Shown piece after piece: positions 13,991 through 32,210 of a stretch of 64,000 nt of DNA. The first letter of the stretch is position 1; the number at the start of each line of letters is the position of its first letter. The translations under genes were made by a program, and so were the position numbers. The DNA comes from the human T2T-CHM13v2.0 reference genome, Homo sapiens. Location: assembly GCF_009914755.1 (NCBI RefSeq), contig NC_060925.1. One strand, written 5' to 3'. The notes below the pieces were generated by a model. That model worked only from the letters and a program-made list of their open reading frames with translations, was not told the origin of the DNA and did not search any database.

Positions 13991-14637
13991 TTCCTTTTTT
14001 TTTTTTTTTAGGTTGATAGATAACATTATATGTTTTCACCACATACAACATGATGTTTTGACTTGTATATATACATAGTGTAATGTTAAATCTAGCTAAT
14101 GAACAAATGCATTCTCTCACATGGTTATCATTTTTTTGTGGTGAGAGCATTTAGCATCCACTCTCTTTACGTTTTTAAAGAATATAAAATATCAAATTAA
14201 CTATTGTCACCTTGCTATACAATAGGTATCTTGAAATTTATTTCTCCTATCTAACTGTATTTATGTATTCTTTGATCAACATTTCCTCATCCCCTGCCCA
14301 ACCACCCCAGCCTCTAGGAACCACCATTATACTCTCTAATTTCATCAATTCAACTTTAGTTTCCACGTGTAAGTGTGACTATGCAGTATTTATCTTTCTG
14401 TGCCTGGCTTATTTCACTTAATATCATGTCCTCCAGGTTCAACCATGTTGCAAATGACAGGATTTCATTTGTTTTTATAGCTCAATACTATTCCATTGGG
14501 TATATATTTTCTTTAACCATTCATCCATTGCTGGACATTTAGGTTGATTTCATATCTCGGCTTTTGAAGATAGTGCTGCAATAAGCATGGAAGTGCAGGT
14601 ATCTCTTCAACATATGGATTTTATTTCCTTTGGATAA

Positions 14638-15363
<726 letters not shown>

Positions 15364-16407
15364 TAGTTATGAATATTTTCTCCCATTCTGTAGGTTGTCT
15401 CTTCACTCTGTTGATTTTTTTTTCCTGTGCAGAAGCTTTTTCCTTTGATACAATCCCATTTGTCCATTTTTGCATTTATTGCATGTGCTTTGGATGACTT
15501 ATCCAAAATATCCTTGGCCATATCCATATCATGAAGTATTTCCCCTATGTTTTTTTGTAATAGTTTTATAGTTCCAGGTTTTACATTCAAGTATTCAATC
15601 CATTTTGATTTTCTTAATGTGGTGAGAGATAAGCATCTAGTTTCAGTCTTCTACATGTGAATATCCAGTTTCCTAGCATGATTTATTGAAAACACTATTC
15701 TTTCCCCAACGTATGTTTCTGGCACTTTTGTAAAAAAAAAAATCAATTGGTTGTAAATGCATAGATTTATTTGTGGGCTCTTAATTCTGTTCCATTAGTC
15801 TGTGTGTCTGTTTTCATGCTAGTACCATACTGTTTTGGTTGTTATAGCTTTATACCACGTTTTGTAGTCAGATAGTGTGACACTTCCAGCTTTATTCTTT
15901 TTGCTCAAGAATGCTTTGGCTATTCAGGGTCTTTTGTGGTTCTATACAAATTTTAGGATTTTTTTTCTACTTCCATGAAGAATGCCATTGGTATTTTGAT
16001 AGAGATTATACATTGAATTTGTAAATCACCTTGGATACTATGGACATTTAAACAATATTAATTATTTCAATCCATGAACACAGCCATCTTTTTATTTCTT
16101 TGTGTCTTCTTCCATTTTTCATCAGTGTTTTATAATTTTCATTGTAGAGATCTTTTACCTCCTTGGTTAAATTAATTCATAGGGTTTTTGTAGCTATTGT
16201 AAATGAGATTGTTTTATTGATTTTTGAAAGATAATTTTCTATTAGCGTATAGAAATGTACAAATTTTTGTATGTTTATTTCATTTCCTGCAACTTTATCA
16301 GATTCATTTATTAGTTCTAAATTTTTCTGGTGGAGTCTTTAGGGTTTTCTATGTGCAAAAGTGTGAAGAATAGAATGTCTGAACATACCAATAAAGAATG
16401 AAGACTT

Positions 16408-16471
16408 TATAGTTGGTGCAAAAATAATTGCAGTTTTTGCCATTATGGCAATTACTTTTGCACCAATCTAA
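16408..16471. mobile_element. MADE1 (Hsmar1-derived MITE), internally deleted
   Basis: Terminal inverted repeats ttggtgcaaaaataattgc / gcaattacttttgcaccaa. Confidence 0.9.
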
Positions 16472-16500
16472 TAAAAGTCTCCCATCGAAAGAAAGCCCAG

Positions 16501-16693
16501 GGCCACCACAGTGGTTCACGCCTGTAATCCCAGCACTTTGGGAGGCCGAGGCAGGCAGATCACCTGAGGTAAGGAGTTCGAGATCAACCTGGCCAATGTG
16601 GCAAAACCCCATCTCTGTTAAAAATATCGCACCACTGAACTCCAGCCTGGGGGATAGAGCAAGATTCTGTCTCCAAAAAAAAAAATAAAATAA
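16501..16693 (+). mobile_element. AluS with large internal deletion
   Basis: Left arm to ...ctctgttaaaaata, then jumps to tcgcaccactgaactccagcctggg and polyA; TSD aaagcc(c/t)ag. Confidence 0.88.
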
Positions 16694-17041
16694 AAGCCTA
16701 GGACCTGATGGCTTTAGTGCTGAATTCTACCAAACATTAAAAAAGCTCTACTCTAATACAAATTTTTCCTAACTATATATAAAAAAATTGAAGAGAGAAT
16801 TCTACTAAACTTATTCTATGAAGCCAGCATTATTTTAATAATAAAACCAGAAGGAAAAAAAAGAAAACTACAAGTCAACATCCCTGATGAACATAGATGC
16901 AGAAATTCTCAACCAAATACCAGCAACCTGAGTTCAAATTCAACAGCACACTGAAAAGATTAGTCACCATGATCAAGTAGGATTTATCCCAAGGATGCAA
17001 GGATGGTGCAATGTATACAAATCAAAAGCATGATACATCTC

Positions 17042-17417
17042 TGATATGGTTTGGCTCTGTGTCCCCACGCAAATCTCATCTTGAATTGTAACTCCCACAA
17101 TTACCACATGTCCTGTGAGAAACCCTGTGGGAGGTGATTGAATTATGGGGGTGGGTCTTTCCTGCACTGTTCTCCTGATAGTGAATGAGTCTCACAAGAT
17201 CAGATGGTTTTTAAAAAACGCGAGTTTGCCCGCACAAGCTGTCTCTTTGTCTGCTGCCATCCACATAAGATGTGACTTGCTCCTCCTTACCTTCCGCCAT
17301 AATTGTGAGGTTTCCCCAGCCATGTGGAACTATGAGTTCTCCATTAAAACTCTTTCCTTTGTAAATTGCCCAGTCTCGGGTATGTCTTTATCAGCAATGT
17401 GAAAACAGACTAATACA
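17042..17417 (+). mobile_element. THE1C-like solo LTR
   Basis: tgatatggtttggctctgtgtcccc...gaaaacagactaataca, inserted in L1 ORF2. Confidence 0.9.
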
Positions 17418-18089
17418 CTCTTACTAATAGAATGGACAAAAGCCATACGAACATTTCAATAGATGTAGAAGGAACATCTGACAAAATTCAACATCCCTTC
17501 ATGATTAAAAAATCTTCACAAATTAGGTATAGAATGAATGTAATTTGCTCAGCACACTAAATGCCACCATCTATGAGAAATCCACAGCTAATATCCTACT
17601 GAGTGGGGAAAAGTTGAAAACTGTTCCTCTAAGAACTGGGACAAAACAAAGATGTTTACTTTCACCACTCCTATTCAACATAGTACTGGAAGTCCTAGCC
17701 AGAGCAATCAGGCAGGAGAAAGAAAATAAAAGGCATCCAAATTGGAAAGAAAGAAGTTAAATTGTCACTGTTTGCAGATGACATGATTTTATATCTAGAA
17801 AACCCATCCTTTTCCATATAGCTCTGTCTTTCAGATCAGTGGCCTAGAATTCCAGTTATAAATTGTGGGCTTAAATGTATGTTTTTATTCCTGCCTTCTC
17901 TTTCAAATCACACTGAAAACAATAAGAAGAGAAAAAAATACCCTCCATCTTCTTAGGACAAAGAGCTGCAACCCTAAACCACAATCCTAAACCCCAAATT
18001 TTGTGTAATTTGCTCTAAAATGAGCGAGGATAACTCAGAAGTGAGACAAATCTCCTTAGTCCTGGCTTTAGAGAGGAGATTCTTTTAAA

Positions 18090-18268
18090 AGAGTGTTTCT
18101 CAAGCTTTAGTGTGCATCAGAATCACCTAGGGAGTTTCCTAAAGGCACAGACTGCTCATTTCTACCCCTAGAGTTTCTCATTCAGCAGGTGGGGCTTGAG
18201 AAACTGCAGTTCTAACAAGTCTATAGGTAATGCTGATATTATTGGTTAGAGACCCTAGTTTGGGAATC
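18090..18268. mobile_element. MER5A (hAT-Charlie MITE)
   Basis: gtgtttctcaagctttagtgtgcatcagaatcacctagggag...ctcattcagcaggtggggcttgagaaactgcagttctaacaag. Confidence 0.8.
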
Positions 18269-19139
18269 TAAAAGCCCTGTATAGTCTTTTAATTAGAGCA
18301 AGGAGCTCTAGGGGTTGGTACTGGCCATTAGAAAAATCAAAGATTTTTCTCTTTAGATACCTAGTAAAACACCACAAAATAACATAAGGGGAGCAGCTAC
18401 TGTCTATATTCTGGTCTCCTGGCTTAGACAGGCTGCCAAAGGTTAAAAAAAAGAGAGAGAGAAAGAGGTGGAAAAGGGAGGGGAAAAGGAAACCACAAAT
18501 GTACAACACAGGCAAGTATAGAAAGAGCTTTGCAGTGATCGATATGATCTGTTAGAATGTTGAAAACCAAGCTGAGATGGTCCCCCAAGGAAAAAGAAAT
18601 AACATAAGCCCCAAAACACAGACTGCATTACTCATTCTCACCAATCTCCTCCCCACTGTACTCCAGCAAATTGTTGACCTGTTAAAAATGACAGATATAC
18701 AGAAAAAAAACTCTCATAGAGACAATGCATAGATAAGAAATGAACATAAGCAAAAAGCAGATGAAGAACATACATCACACAATTAATTACCCTTCCATAC
18801 ACTGTGATCCCTTGAAAGTTTAAAAAACATACCAATAGGAGAAACAACAAATCAAAGAGGAGACAATAACCTATTAAAAGTAACGAAAAATAGGATGGCA
18901 AAGTGCTGGAAAGGAATCAAAGAGAAAAATGAAATAATCACAGAGATTTATGTCATGTTGGACTGAGAAAATCTGTTTGAAACCTGGAGTAGGCTTGAGG
19001 CAAGCTCAATAAATAAGATGGAAAAAAAAGTGAAGATAGGGAAACATTTACAGAGGAGAAAAAGTGAAATAAATATAAATGAATAAACAAAAAGTTGCAA
19101 ACCTATAATCCAAGGACATTTTAGAAATAATTATTCTTT

Positions 19140-19590
19140 CTAGCCTGAGACAAGGTATTATGTTCAGGTAGTTATTTTGGGAAGTAATCCCAGGCATTAG
19201 AAGAGAAGAACTGGGAAGAGCATAAGAGGGAAGGGGAATACAAACATCAGTGTTTCCCAAGTCAGGTCTTGCTGTGGCACCCTGCACTACTCAAAAGGAG
19301 AAATGGGCAACACCTCTTTCTATTCCTCCCAGAATAAAGGGTACCATGTTGCATAAAGTTAACCCGCTTGTACTTCCAAAGTTGCACATGAAGAGGGGTC
19401 TAGAGGGTCCCCCTAGGAATCCCAAATCCCTACATTGGCAAAGCCCTGGACAGAAAGAGATGGATTTGAGTATTATTTGAGGCAAGATACTGTCAGGTGA
19501 CAGCTTATCAAGTTGGCTACTACAGAAAAGACTGGAGTGAAAGGTGGTCTAAGAGGATTCAAGGTGGGGAGCAAGATGTGTTGGACATAA
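19140..19590 (-). mobile_element. Old ERVL LTR (LTR16/LTR33-like)
   Basis: agcctgagacaaggtattatgttcaggtagttattttgggaagtaatcccagg typical of antisense ERVL LTR ends. Confidence 0.55.
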
Positions 19591-19876
19591 GGACAAACTG
19601 CATTCCAGGAGAAACTGGCACAGGGTATGAACTTGGGAAAACATCTTAGTAAAGTTACTGAACTTCAAAGAGAAAGAAAGTGTATCAAATCAGTCAGGCC
19701 CTAAAGCAAAACAGACGTGCAAGTCACTTATGAGAAGGAAAAACCAAACTGCTCTCAGACTTAACCACTGCAGTGGTCAATACCAGAAGACAGTGGAACA
19801 ATATCTACAAGAGGAAAGCAAAACCAAAACATTTCATTGCTAGATGAAGCATTGTCCAGGTCAAGAGACACATGCT

Positions 19877-20177
19877 GGCCGCTCACGGTGGCTCATGCCT
19901 GTAATCTCAGCACTTTGCGAGGCCAAAGCGGGCTGATGAGTTGAGGTCAAGAGTTTGAGACCAGCCTGGCCAACATGGCAAAATCCTGTCTCTACTAAAA
20001 ATACAAAAATTAACAGGGCATGGTGGTAGGTACCTGTCATCCCAGCTGCTCATGAGGCTGAGGCAGAAGAATCATTTGATCCCAGGAGGCAGAGGTTGCA
20101 GTGAGCTGAGATCATGCCACTGCACTCCAGCCTGGTTGATACAGCAAAACTCTGTCAAAAACAAAACAAAACAAAAA
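19877..20177 (+). mobile_element. AluS (Sx/Sz)
   Basis: Full dimer with (CAAAA)n tail; TSD acac(a/c)tgct. Confidence 0.93.
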
Positions 20178-21729
20178 CACCTGCTTTCAAGCTTTTAAGA
20201 ACTCAGAGAAGACAGGTCCCATTAGGACATCTCAAAACACACTTCTTGACAAAATCTAGCCACCAAGATGCCAGGAACAGAGAAGCCATGACACAAGAAC
20301 TGGTGGAAATTGGTGACTTTATTTAAATACAGAATTAGAATTACACAACTATGAAACTGAAACCAGATGATAGGAGAAAATGACTTATATTTTGAAATTG
20401 TAAAAATAACATAATCAGCAAAAATCTTGGGTGAATTGTTTTCCTCATATATCATAGTAGAGAATCATTAGATCCTGTCAAATATTAAATAATACAGTTT
20501 TCCAGTATAATACTCCAATTTAACAATGCTTCTCAGAAGATTGTGCCACAATTTTAGAGATTTGTTGAAGCATGAATAATAACTTTTGTTGCAGAAAAAA
20601 ATTATCTGAAGTTCATAATTCTTTGTTTTACCTTGATTTCTTTATATTCTGTGATATTCACATAAAAGTAAATTTAATACCATGGTCTATGTGATACATA
20701 AAAGAAAAGACCAATTGTGTGCATTTCTGAGACTTACAACCTGGCTGGTCTGTCATGGATTAACTCTCCAGGCAGAGTGGGCTCTTCACCCAGCATGCCC
20801 ACACACCAGCCCTCTTCTGAGGATTCTACAGGATTCTACTTACTCTTGACCTTTTACTGCAGCTCTGTACCTGTGGTCAAGAGGGCTTTGGGGAGGATTT
20901 TCTGCTCACTAATTAGCTTATGATTTGCTTTGAACAACCTGAACAATTCTGGTTATTTTTGGGAAATGTTCAGCAGTAGTTTGGAGGGAAAGGAAAGAGC
21001 TGGAATAGCCATTTATAAAAAAGACAGCTCAAGTTTTGATTTTTGATCTTGCATTTGTTGTACATTTTTCACAGATTTTGTGGCACCAAATGTAGATAAG
21101 ATACTGTCTGATAGAGAACAAGAATTTGGAATATTAGCGACAGAAGAAGGAAAAACAGAAAAGGCAGCCACGTATACAAGGTGTTGCAAGGGCCAGAAAA
21201 AAAAAAGGGGGAGGGTGCTCGGAACAGCCAAAAGCTTCAAGGAGGACATAGAAAATCAGCAAGGGGAAAAGATCACGCAGCTGGCCATGCATCCTCATGT
21301 TTTGTGGAGGAGGAGGGTTAGGGCACAGTTCTCTTCAAACTCCTCAGCAGCCTCTGCTCTACTTCTATCAACAGAGCTTCTGAATGACTTCGCCTCAGGC
21401 AGGAGTGCTATGGAAGTATTGTTTTGGAATATAGATTGTTGAATAAAAACATTTTGAAGCAGGAAGTGATTTCTATTAATGTATAAATATGTGCCTGCAT
21501 AAATCCTTGTGCATATCTCTATATATCTATCTTTAACATCACCTATACCTAGAGTTCCCTTCACTAAACTACTCAAGAGAGTGACAGAAAAGGAAAAATG
21601 TTAACTATGAATTTGGGACTGAAATAATAACCAGAGAAAAATATAAATAAATAAGTAAATGAATAAAGAAAACATATTAATTATAAGCCATCAGTCTAAC
21701 TTCTCTGGATATATCCTTTTGTTTAGTTT

Positions 21730-23445
21730 GAGTGTTTAGAAACATGGTAATGTTTCACATAGCCCCCAAATAAATAAACAATTAAATCAGCTGAGGTGTG
21801 GAGGTCAACCCAAAATGTAACACAAATAGTAACAAATAAACCTAACTGTATAACAAATGAATAACCAAGTCACACTGAAGGAGTTGGGGAAGAACACAGT
21901 TATCCTAAGTAACTTTGGGAAACAGATTTTGAGTATATGGTGTAAGACTAAGTACAAAAAGGATGTAGCACACATGTGCTCTAGCAAATAAACATGGTTT
22001 GCACCATGGTATGTTTTAGTAGTTCTGAAGCTACTCTATGTGTTTTTGGGGGATTGAACAAACATGAAAATATGTTGTGGACAATGAGAGCCAGATTTCT
22101 CCCTGTCAGAGAAAAGAGTTACAAATAAGGAAGAAGAGAAATCTAGGTTAAGAAAAAAAAAATAAAGAAAAAAACTTATGGTGTTGGATTCGAATTGGAG
22201 ATATTAGTATGAACTCATGGTCTTTAACAGGTGATAGATAATAGGTAGATTGGATAGATAGATAGATGATAGCTAGCTAGCTAGCTAGATAGATAGATGA
22301 CAGATAGAAAGAAATACAGACGTGCATGTGTATGTATGTACATACATATATTTCCCAGCTCTCTCTGGGGGAAAGAGCCTAGGAGCAATGACACATAATA
22401 GAATTAACATAAAAAGCACCAAGATTTTAGTTTCTAAATAATTCTGTTCAGTAAAAGAAACCAGGGTTCCTTGGAAAAACGGATGATTCCAGGGCTGGGT
22501 CAAAGAAAGGACAGGAAGAATCTGTAATATTCTGTGGTGCCAGGGATTAAGGAAGTGCTGAAAAATGATAGAGATATATTGAGAAGATACGGAAATCAAC
22601 TTGAAGGAATTCCCAATGGCTAAATTGGGACAATTTGAACAAAAAGGAAGGAAGAAAAGGAGAGAGGTGAGAAGAGGAGAAGGGAGGAGGGGAGAAATGT
22701 AGAAAGAATCAACTCTACAGAAAATCACCATTTGTCAGACACCACAGTAATAATTGTTGCAGGCAAGAATCATACTGGATATTAAAATTAGTGAACAAAA
22801 GTATGACAAGAAACAGGATATTTGCATTTTCTCAAAGTATATCCCCACAAGGTATTTACTCATTGCAAGGAGAAAAAGAGTAACAACAGTTTAGAAATGA
22901 AAGTTGCCACCTTAACCATGGCATCAAAATTACCGTCACCAGTAATGAGACGTAACAGTATATGACATCGCCTAATATGAATGTGCTAAGAAGGGAGCGA
23001 GATCCCTTCCATGGCATCCTTGCCAAAAATGAATACCCTGAATTAATCATGAGAAAACATCAGACAAAACAAACTGAGGGACTCATTGAAAGTTTCAAGG
23101 TCATGAAAGACAAAAAAAGATTGAGGAACAGTTCCAGATTACATGAGGCTAAGAAGACATGGCAACTAAATGAATCCTGTACAAGAAAAAGAACATTAGT
23201 GGGACAACTGGTAAAATTTGAATAAGGTATGACTGTAGATTAACTTAATAGCATTGTGTCAATGTCTTTATTTTTGGGTTTTGATAATTGTACTATGCTT
23301 AGATAAGATGTAACATTTGGAAAAGCTGTGTAAAGGGTAGGCTGAAAAAAAACCACTACTATTTTGCAAGTTTTTTATGAGTTGAATTATTTCAAGATGA
23401 AATAAATATGAAAAAATGAAAACATAACACTAATTAAAAAAATAA
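21730..23445 (+). mobile_element. L1MC-type 3' end
   Basis: Long L1MC 3'UTR motifs (gaaaccagggttccttggaaaa; cattagtgggacaactggtaaaatttgaataag; ttttgataattgtactatg). Confidence 0.75.
22246..22310. repeat. Compound (GATA)n/(GCTA)n STR
   Basis: Directly visible. Confidence 0.9.
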
Positions 23446-23707
23446 ATTCAAGTGCTCAGAATACAGAAAAATGGGCAGTGATGCCCTAATTTTAGATGGA
23501 GAAAATTAGAACTTCAGCAATAATCCAAACCTCAGATAATGCTTCATTAATCAATACTACATCCAAATGAGGAAATACAAACTTTTAGAAAGCCACCTTA
23601 AGATAAAACAGTTTTTTCTACTGCTTCTTCTTCCTTCTCCTTATGCAGTTTTACACTCTTCAGAACTCTGCCATTTCTTCCTGGAATATGCAATGTCGCC
23701 TTTAATT

Positions 23708-24104
<397 letters not shown>

Positions 24105-25133
24105 TAGTTGATGCCTATAATTAGAGCTTCATTTATTTAACTTACTACTATTTATTCTTTTTATTAAACAAGTAAATATCCTTGCATATGATCAAACATT
24201 TTGCCTTAATATTAATGTACATCTCATTGTGAAGACATTTATTGAATAATAATAATTTTTTTTTACAAAGTAAGTGTTAGAAAGAGCCTTAGGGTATTGT
24301 GTGCCTGAAATGGAAGATGGAAGTAATAAAGGAGAAGGAAAAAGAAGAATCCAGGACCCTTTGAGGAGAATTTTTTTTTTTCTAAAATAGTGGCTCTCAA
24401 TGTGTTTTCCAACAGAGTACTGGGTGGAATTGTCCAGCTGCTAAAATAATGGCTCTGTTTTCACAGTTCACTGGAGACAAAAAGCAGGGCAAATAGAATC
24501 TCTTCTTTTCAGTTTGCCTCAGGCTTTGCTCTTTGGAAAAACAGAAAGCACTTGTAAGCAGCCAAAGGTGTTTAGTGTGATGCTTTGCTCTTTTGTGGAT
24601 AGTGTGCTTGTGGCTGTGATTCTATTATTTCACATTGTTTACATATAGCAGAGTCATATTTTCTGCTGGTAAGAATTCTGTGTGTTTGGGGGAATGAAAT
24701 CAGTTAGTGCTCTGTGGCTCTTTCTTTACACAGAGCATCATGTCTTCTGATTATCTGCCTGAACAACTTTGAGAACCACTACCCTACTAAAGAATCTAAC
24801 AGGTAGCTGACTGTGAATTTATATCAAACTCTTCTCTTCCACTATCAAAAAGATGTTTCTAAGCCTTTAGCCAAGAACATTGCAAGGCATAAAGCTAGGG
24901 ACACCTCAGTGCCACAGGATGCTAAGGAGGTCTTGTACTCAAGATTTCTCCATTTGCAGTTAGCTTGCTTCACCGAAAGGTTGAGTCTGAACCAAAGCTT
25001 TATGCGAACACAATCATTCACCTTCCTGCTTTATGGTTATTTAATACAGAAACTAGCCTTTGCCTTTTCCAAAATCTGCCACTTCTTTTTTTTTTTTTTC
25101 ATTTGGGAAGTTATTTATTTCTGAAAGTGTCAT

Positions 25134-27312
<2,179 letters not shown>

Positions 27313-27759
27313 GTTAAGTTTGAATTTGTTGCTATGAGTTGGATATTTCATACATTCCTCTTTTTTGTTGCCTTTGATGATGGACATTCTGAATAATTGG
27401 AGCTGTTATAAAACCATAAAGTTTTCAAAAATGAAAATTGAAAATTCTTAAAGCTTCATAGGTGTTGAGCTTGATGCATTCTTGCAATGCAACTAAAGTT
27501 TGAAGCTAGAATTTTGGAATGGCCCAACATTTGAGACATGCACATACAGCAAAGTACAGGGAGGCTGTGACTTTGTAGCCTAAGGGCTAGAAGGTAAGTG
27601 GGCTGCACAGTCAGAGAAGGAGGTGGAGAGACACTTTCACTTTGATCTTGATGAATTCTCTCTGCACTTGAAAATAGTCCATGATCCTCAGGACCTGGGT
27701 TAGAAAAGACCACCTGGCCGCAGCCCACAGAGAGGCAAGGTAATGGAGTACAAATAGAA

Positions 27760-27925
27760 AATGGACTGGGTCCCAGCAGGCCAAAGGTTGGTCCCCAGGT
27801 CTCATACAGCTAGCTGTGGGACTTTCCACAATTCATGTAATCTCTCTGGGTCTCACTTTCTTTAATTGCACAATAAGAAATTTAAGCAAAATGACTTCAA
27901 GGGTCCCTTCTACTCCTAAAATTCT
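27760..27925 (+). mobile_element. MIR/MIR3 fragment
   Basis: gtaatctctctgggtctcactttctttaattgcacaataag...aagggtcccttctactcctaaaattcta. Confidence 0.55.
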
Positions 27926-28579
27926 AAGATACCCTTTTGTGATTTTGACTGGATGCCTTTCATTTATTATATAAACCTAATTTTATGAGAATTAAAAATA
28001 GAATGCATTACTGGTTAAGTTGTAGTAAAAATGTTTAAAAAGAAGATAAAATAAATGTTTTTCTCATGGGAAATTTTCATATGCTGTTCAAAACATATGC
28101 CAAAAAGGAAACAATATAATATAATTAACATAGGAAGTTTCAATTCATGAGTAAATGTTCCCATTAGCTGCAATAAAAGAAGCTTGTGCCTTTTCCAGGA
28201 TAAACGTTAAGCAAATGCATATTAAAGATTCTTTTATTTATAAAAAAAAAAAGAAAACAGAAATTGGCCATAAAATAGTGGGTCTTTTCTTATAGATCAT
28301 TTATTTGTTTTAAAGAGAAATACATTGTAGAGAAAGAACAACTTTAAAGTGCTATTTCTATGTCTATACAGCTCCAACCTCTGGGTAATACTAGGTGCCT
28401 GCAGTTTCACCTTCCTGCAGGTATCTTTCCTCTGACCTGAAACAGATGCCTAAAACTCTCACTACACATTATCCATTTATTTGTGCACAGCCATTGACTT
28501 CAAAGATCTTGGTCTAATGCACACAATTACTTTTTTATATGAATGGAATCAGGATACAAAAAATTGTAATATTTAAAAA

Positions 28580-29821
<1,242 letters not shown>

Positions 29822-31369
29822 TTAAGTATATTCCTGGAAACAGAGCTGAAATTACTCAGAAATGGATCTAAACAGTAACTATCTCTGTCTTGCAACAGAG
29901 ATGCCCTCTGATACCCTCTCTAATCCTTCCTGGTTCCTAAAAGTCCCCCCATTAGTTAATAATTCTCTTGAATTAATTCATTAATTCTAAAGTTAATAAT
30001 ACGAATACTTCCAGGAAAAAGAACACATTGAACCTCTATTTCTGTTTACACATTTATACATTCAAATAAACAGCTACTAAGCAGAAAGTACCAAGGGAGT
30101 TGTACAGTCAGGCCTTCAATTGGGAGGACACAAGAGGAAGTTGTCTGGTGATGATGATTCAGAATGGGGTGCTGGGGAATAGGATTAAACCTAGTATCTA
30201 GAGGTAGAGAAAAAGGGCATCAAAGTACATAAAAATGCTAGGGGCATTGTTGTGTGGAACTGGCCCTGTATTCTGGAAGAGCCACCTGTAAGGCTGAAAA
30301 CACCCTACCTATACTTGCAGCACTTTGTGGATTGTCAAATGAAGCTATTTCCCTTGCAATTATTAAAAATTTTAGGCTCATCTTAAATACTGGATTATGG
30401 TTTGTGTTGGACATTGGACATTTGGGGGTGCCCAGAGGTTGTAGTCCATCTGGAGACTTCCTGGTCTGTATGTTGTGTCATTTTGATTTCTTGTTGAAGG
30501 GCCATGGAGACTTAGAATGGGCATCCTCAGGAGATTCAGAGGAGCTTTCTGCCAATTCAATCAACTATAGCTCTGACTTAGCTTGTTTCCAAAATTGTAG
30601 GCACTGTTGCTCCAAAATTAATATTTTTGAATATTCAACACATCCCTGAGGAAGAGCAAAGACCTCCCCACCTTTGTTTCTTTGCAAAACAAGTCAAGAT
30701 GAAGTCTTTGCTGATGAAACTCTTGGCTCCCTCTCTTCCAGCTGCACTTCACCCCTGTGGCTTTCCTGCTTGGAAATCTCAAAATAGTCACAGCGGCTTG
30801 CCTCCAAGCTAGAATTGACCTCGCCTGTCTGGATGCCTTCCAAAAGGGATTTTTATGAAAATATTATTTTTTTCTCTTCTGAGACTTTTTTTTATTAGAA
30901 TCCATGCAAAGCTGTATCATTCCCCTTTGCCATTATTTTCAACTTCCGAAGTCTTTTTTATTTTTCTTACTTCATCAAGGACATGTGTTTCCTTCTCCGT
31001 ACCTAATAACAGTTTCTGAGAGGAACCTATGGAAGAAAAAAGCATGATGTACTGATCATGAAAGTGGGAAGACATTTGGGATAATAATAGGAAAATATTT
31101 GAAACCCTGAAAAGAACTGTCCCTCCATCCAGTAATCAATTCTCCTTTGGCTTCTCCCAGTGGTAACTTAGTTACCCTTTACTTTTCACACACATAACAA
31201 AATTACTGCTGTTGACAAAGTCTAGATAACAAGGAGTCAGTCCTACTATGAGTACCTTAATAGTTCTGCCAAGTGGGCCTCATTCCCAAGTTCCCTGTCA
31301 GAATACCATGGCTGTGTTAACTAAGAGTAAAGGCTTACTACCTTCTACTGGAATTATCTGGTTTGTTCA

Positions 31370-32210
31370 GCTGCATCCCCTGTTATACTATGAGCTCCTG
31401 AAAAGCCAGAACTGTGCCTTATTCACCTCTCTGCTCCCAGCCCTCATCACAATGCTGACATGTAGACGGTACACAATGAATGTTGAAGGAATGGTAATGA
31501 GATCTATAGTCAAAACACCAAAGATGCAGCCCTTCATGGCTTACTAAGTGTTAGAGAGAGAGTCACTTAACCTTTACAAACCTCCTTTTCATCTGGAAAG
31601 TGAAAGTAATATTACTACTTTCTTCAGGAGTTAATCAAGGCTTAGATGAAATAACTGTATGTGAAAATGATTTGCTAACTATAAAGAGCTGTGCAAATGT
31701 TTACTGTGATTGTACAGGCCCAGGGCAAGAGGGCTAATTACTCCCCTTTCTTCTTATTCAACTCTCAATTCAGGAAGGTTAGGGCTCAAGAAAGACAGAA
31801 TATTCTACCACTGACGATAATATGTACCAGTTTTTTGAGTATAGATATGTCACCCTTTTGAGCCTCTATTTTACCCTCTGGGAGTTGAGGACATTCTGTG
31901 AGATAGACATAAGATCTAAGACACTGCTTTGCCCATTGTAAACACTTAGGAAAAGATCACAGAGGGAAGTCAAAATAGTGTTGTGAAGCCAATAGACTTT
32001 GAAGTCAGGCAGACATGAGTTAGTTCAAAGCTCTGCTCTGCCGTGAAATAGGAGGGTGATCTTGGGCAAGTTACTTCTATTTTTAAACCTCAGTTTATGC
32101 AGCTATAAAATAGGTTAATATTAATACCACCTGCATGAGATTGGTGTGATCATTACAGGAAATAATGGACACAAACTGACAAGCACATGTTGAGCACATG
32201 GTAGGCAAGG
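31370..32210 (+). mobile_element. L2 3' end plus two MIRs
   Basis: L2 end (atactatgagctcctg...aatgttgaaggaatg); MIR cores at ~31540-31700 and ~31975-32205 (gtgatcttgggcaagttacttc). Confidence 0.65.

Larger units (their letters stand above)
18620..20705 (+). mobile_element. HAL1/ancient L1 ORF1-like fragments (interrupted)
   Basis: ORF1-like motifs (aaacatcttagtaaagttactgaacttcaaagagaaag; ataccagaagacagtggaacaatatctac). Confidence 0.55.

Noticed and set aside
21075-21442. 120-aa ORF preceded by acceptor tttttcacag
   Set aside because: GTG start, no recognisable domain and no good donor nearby; cannot be supported as coding.
30254-30649. 131-aa ORF
   Set aside because: Non-ATG start, no homology recognised, partly within probable L2-like decayed sequence.
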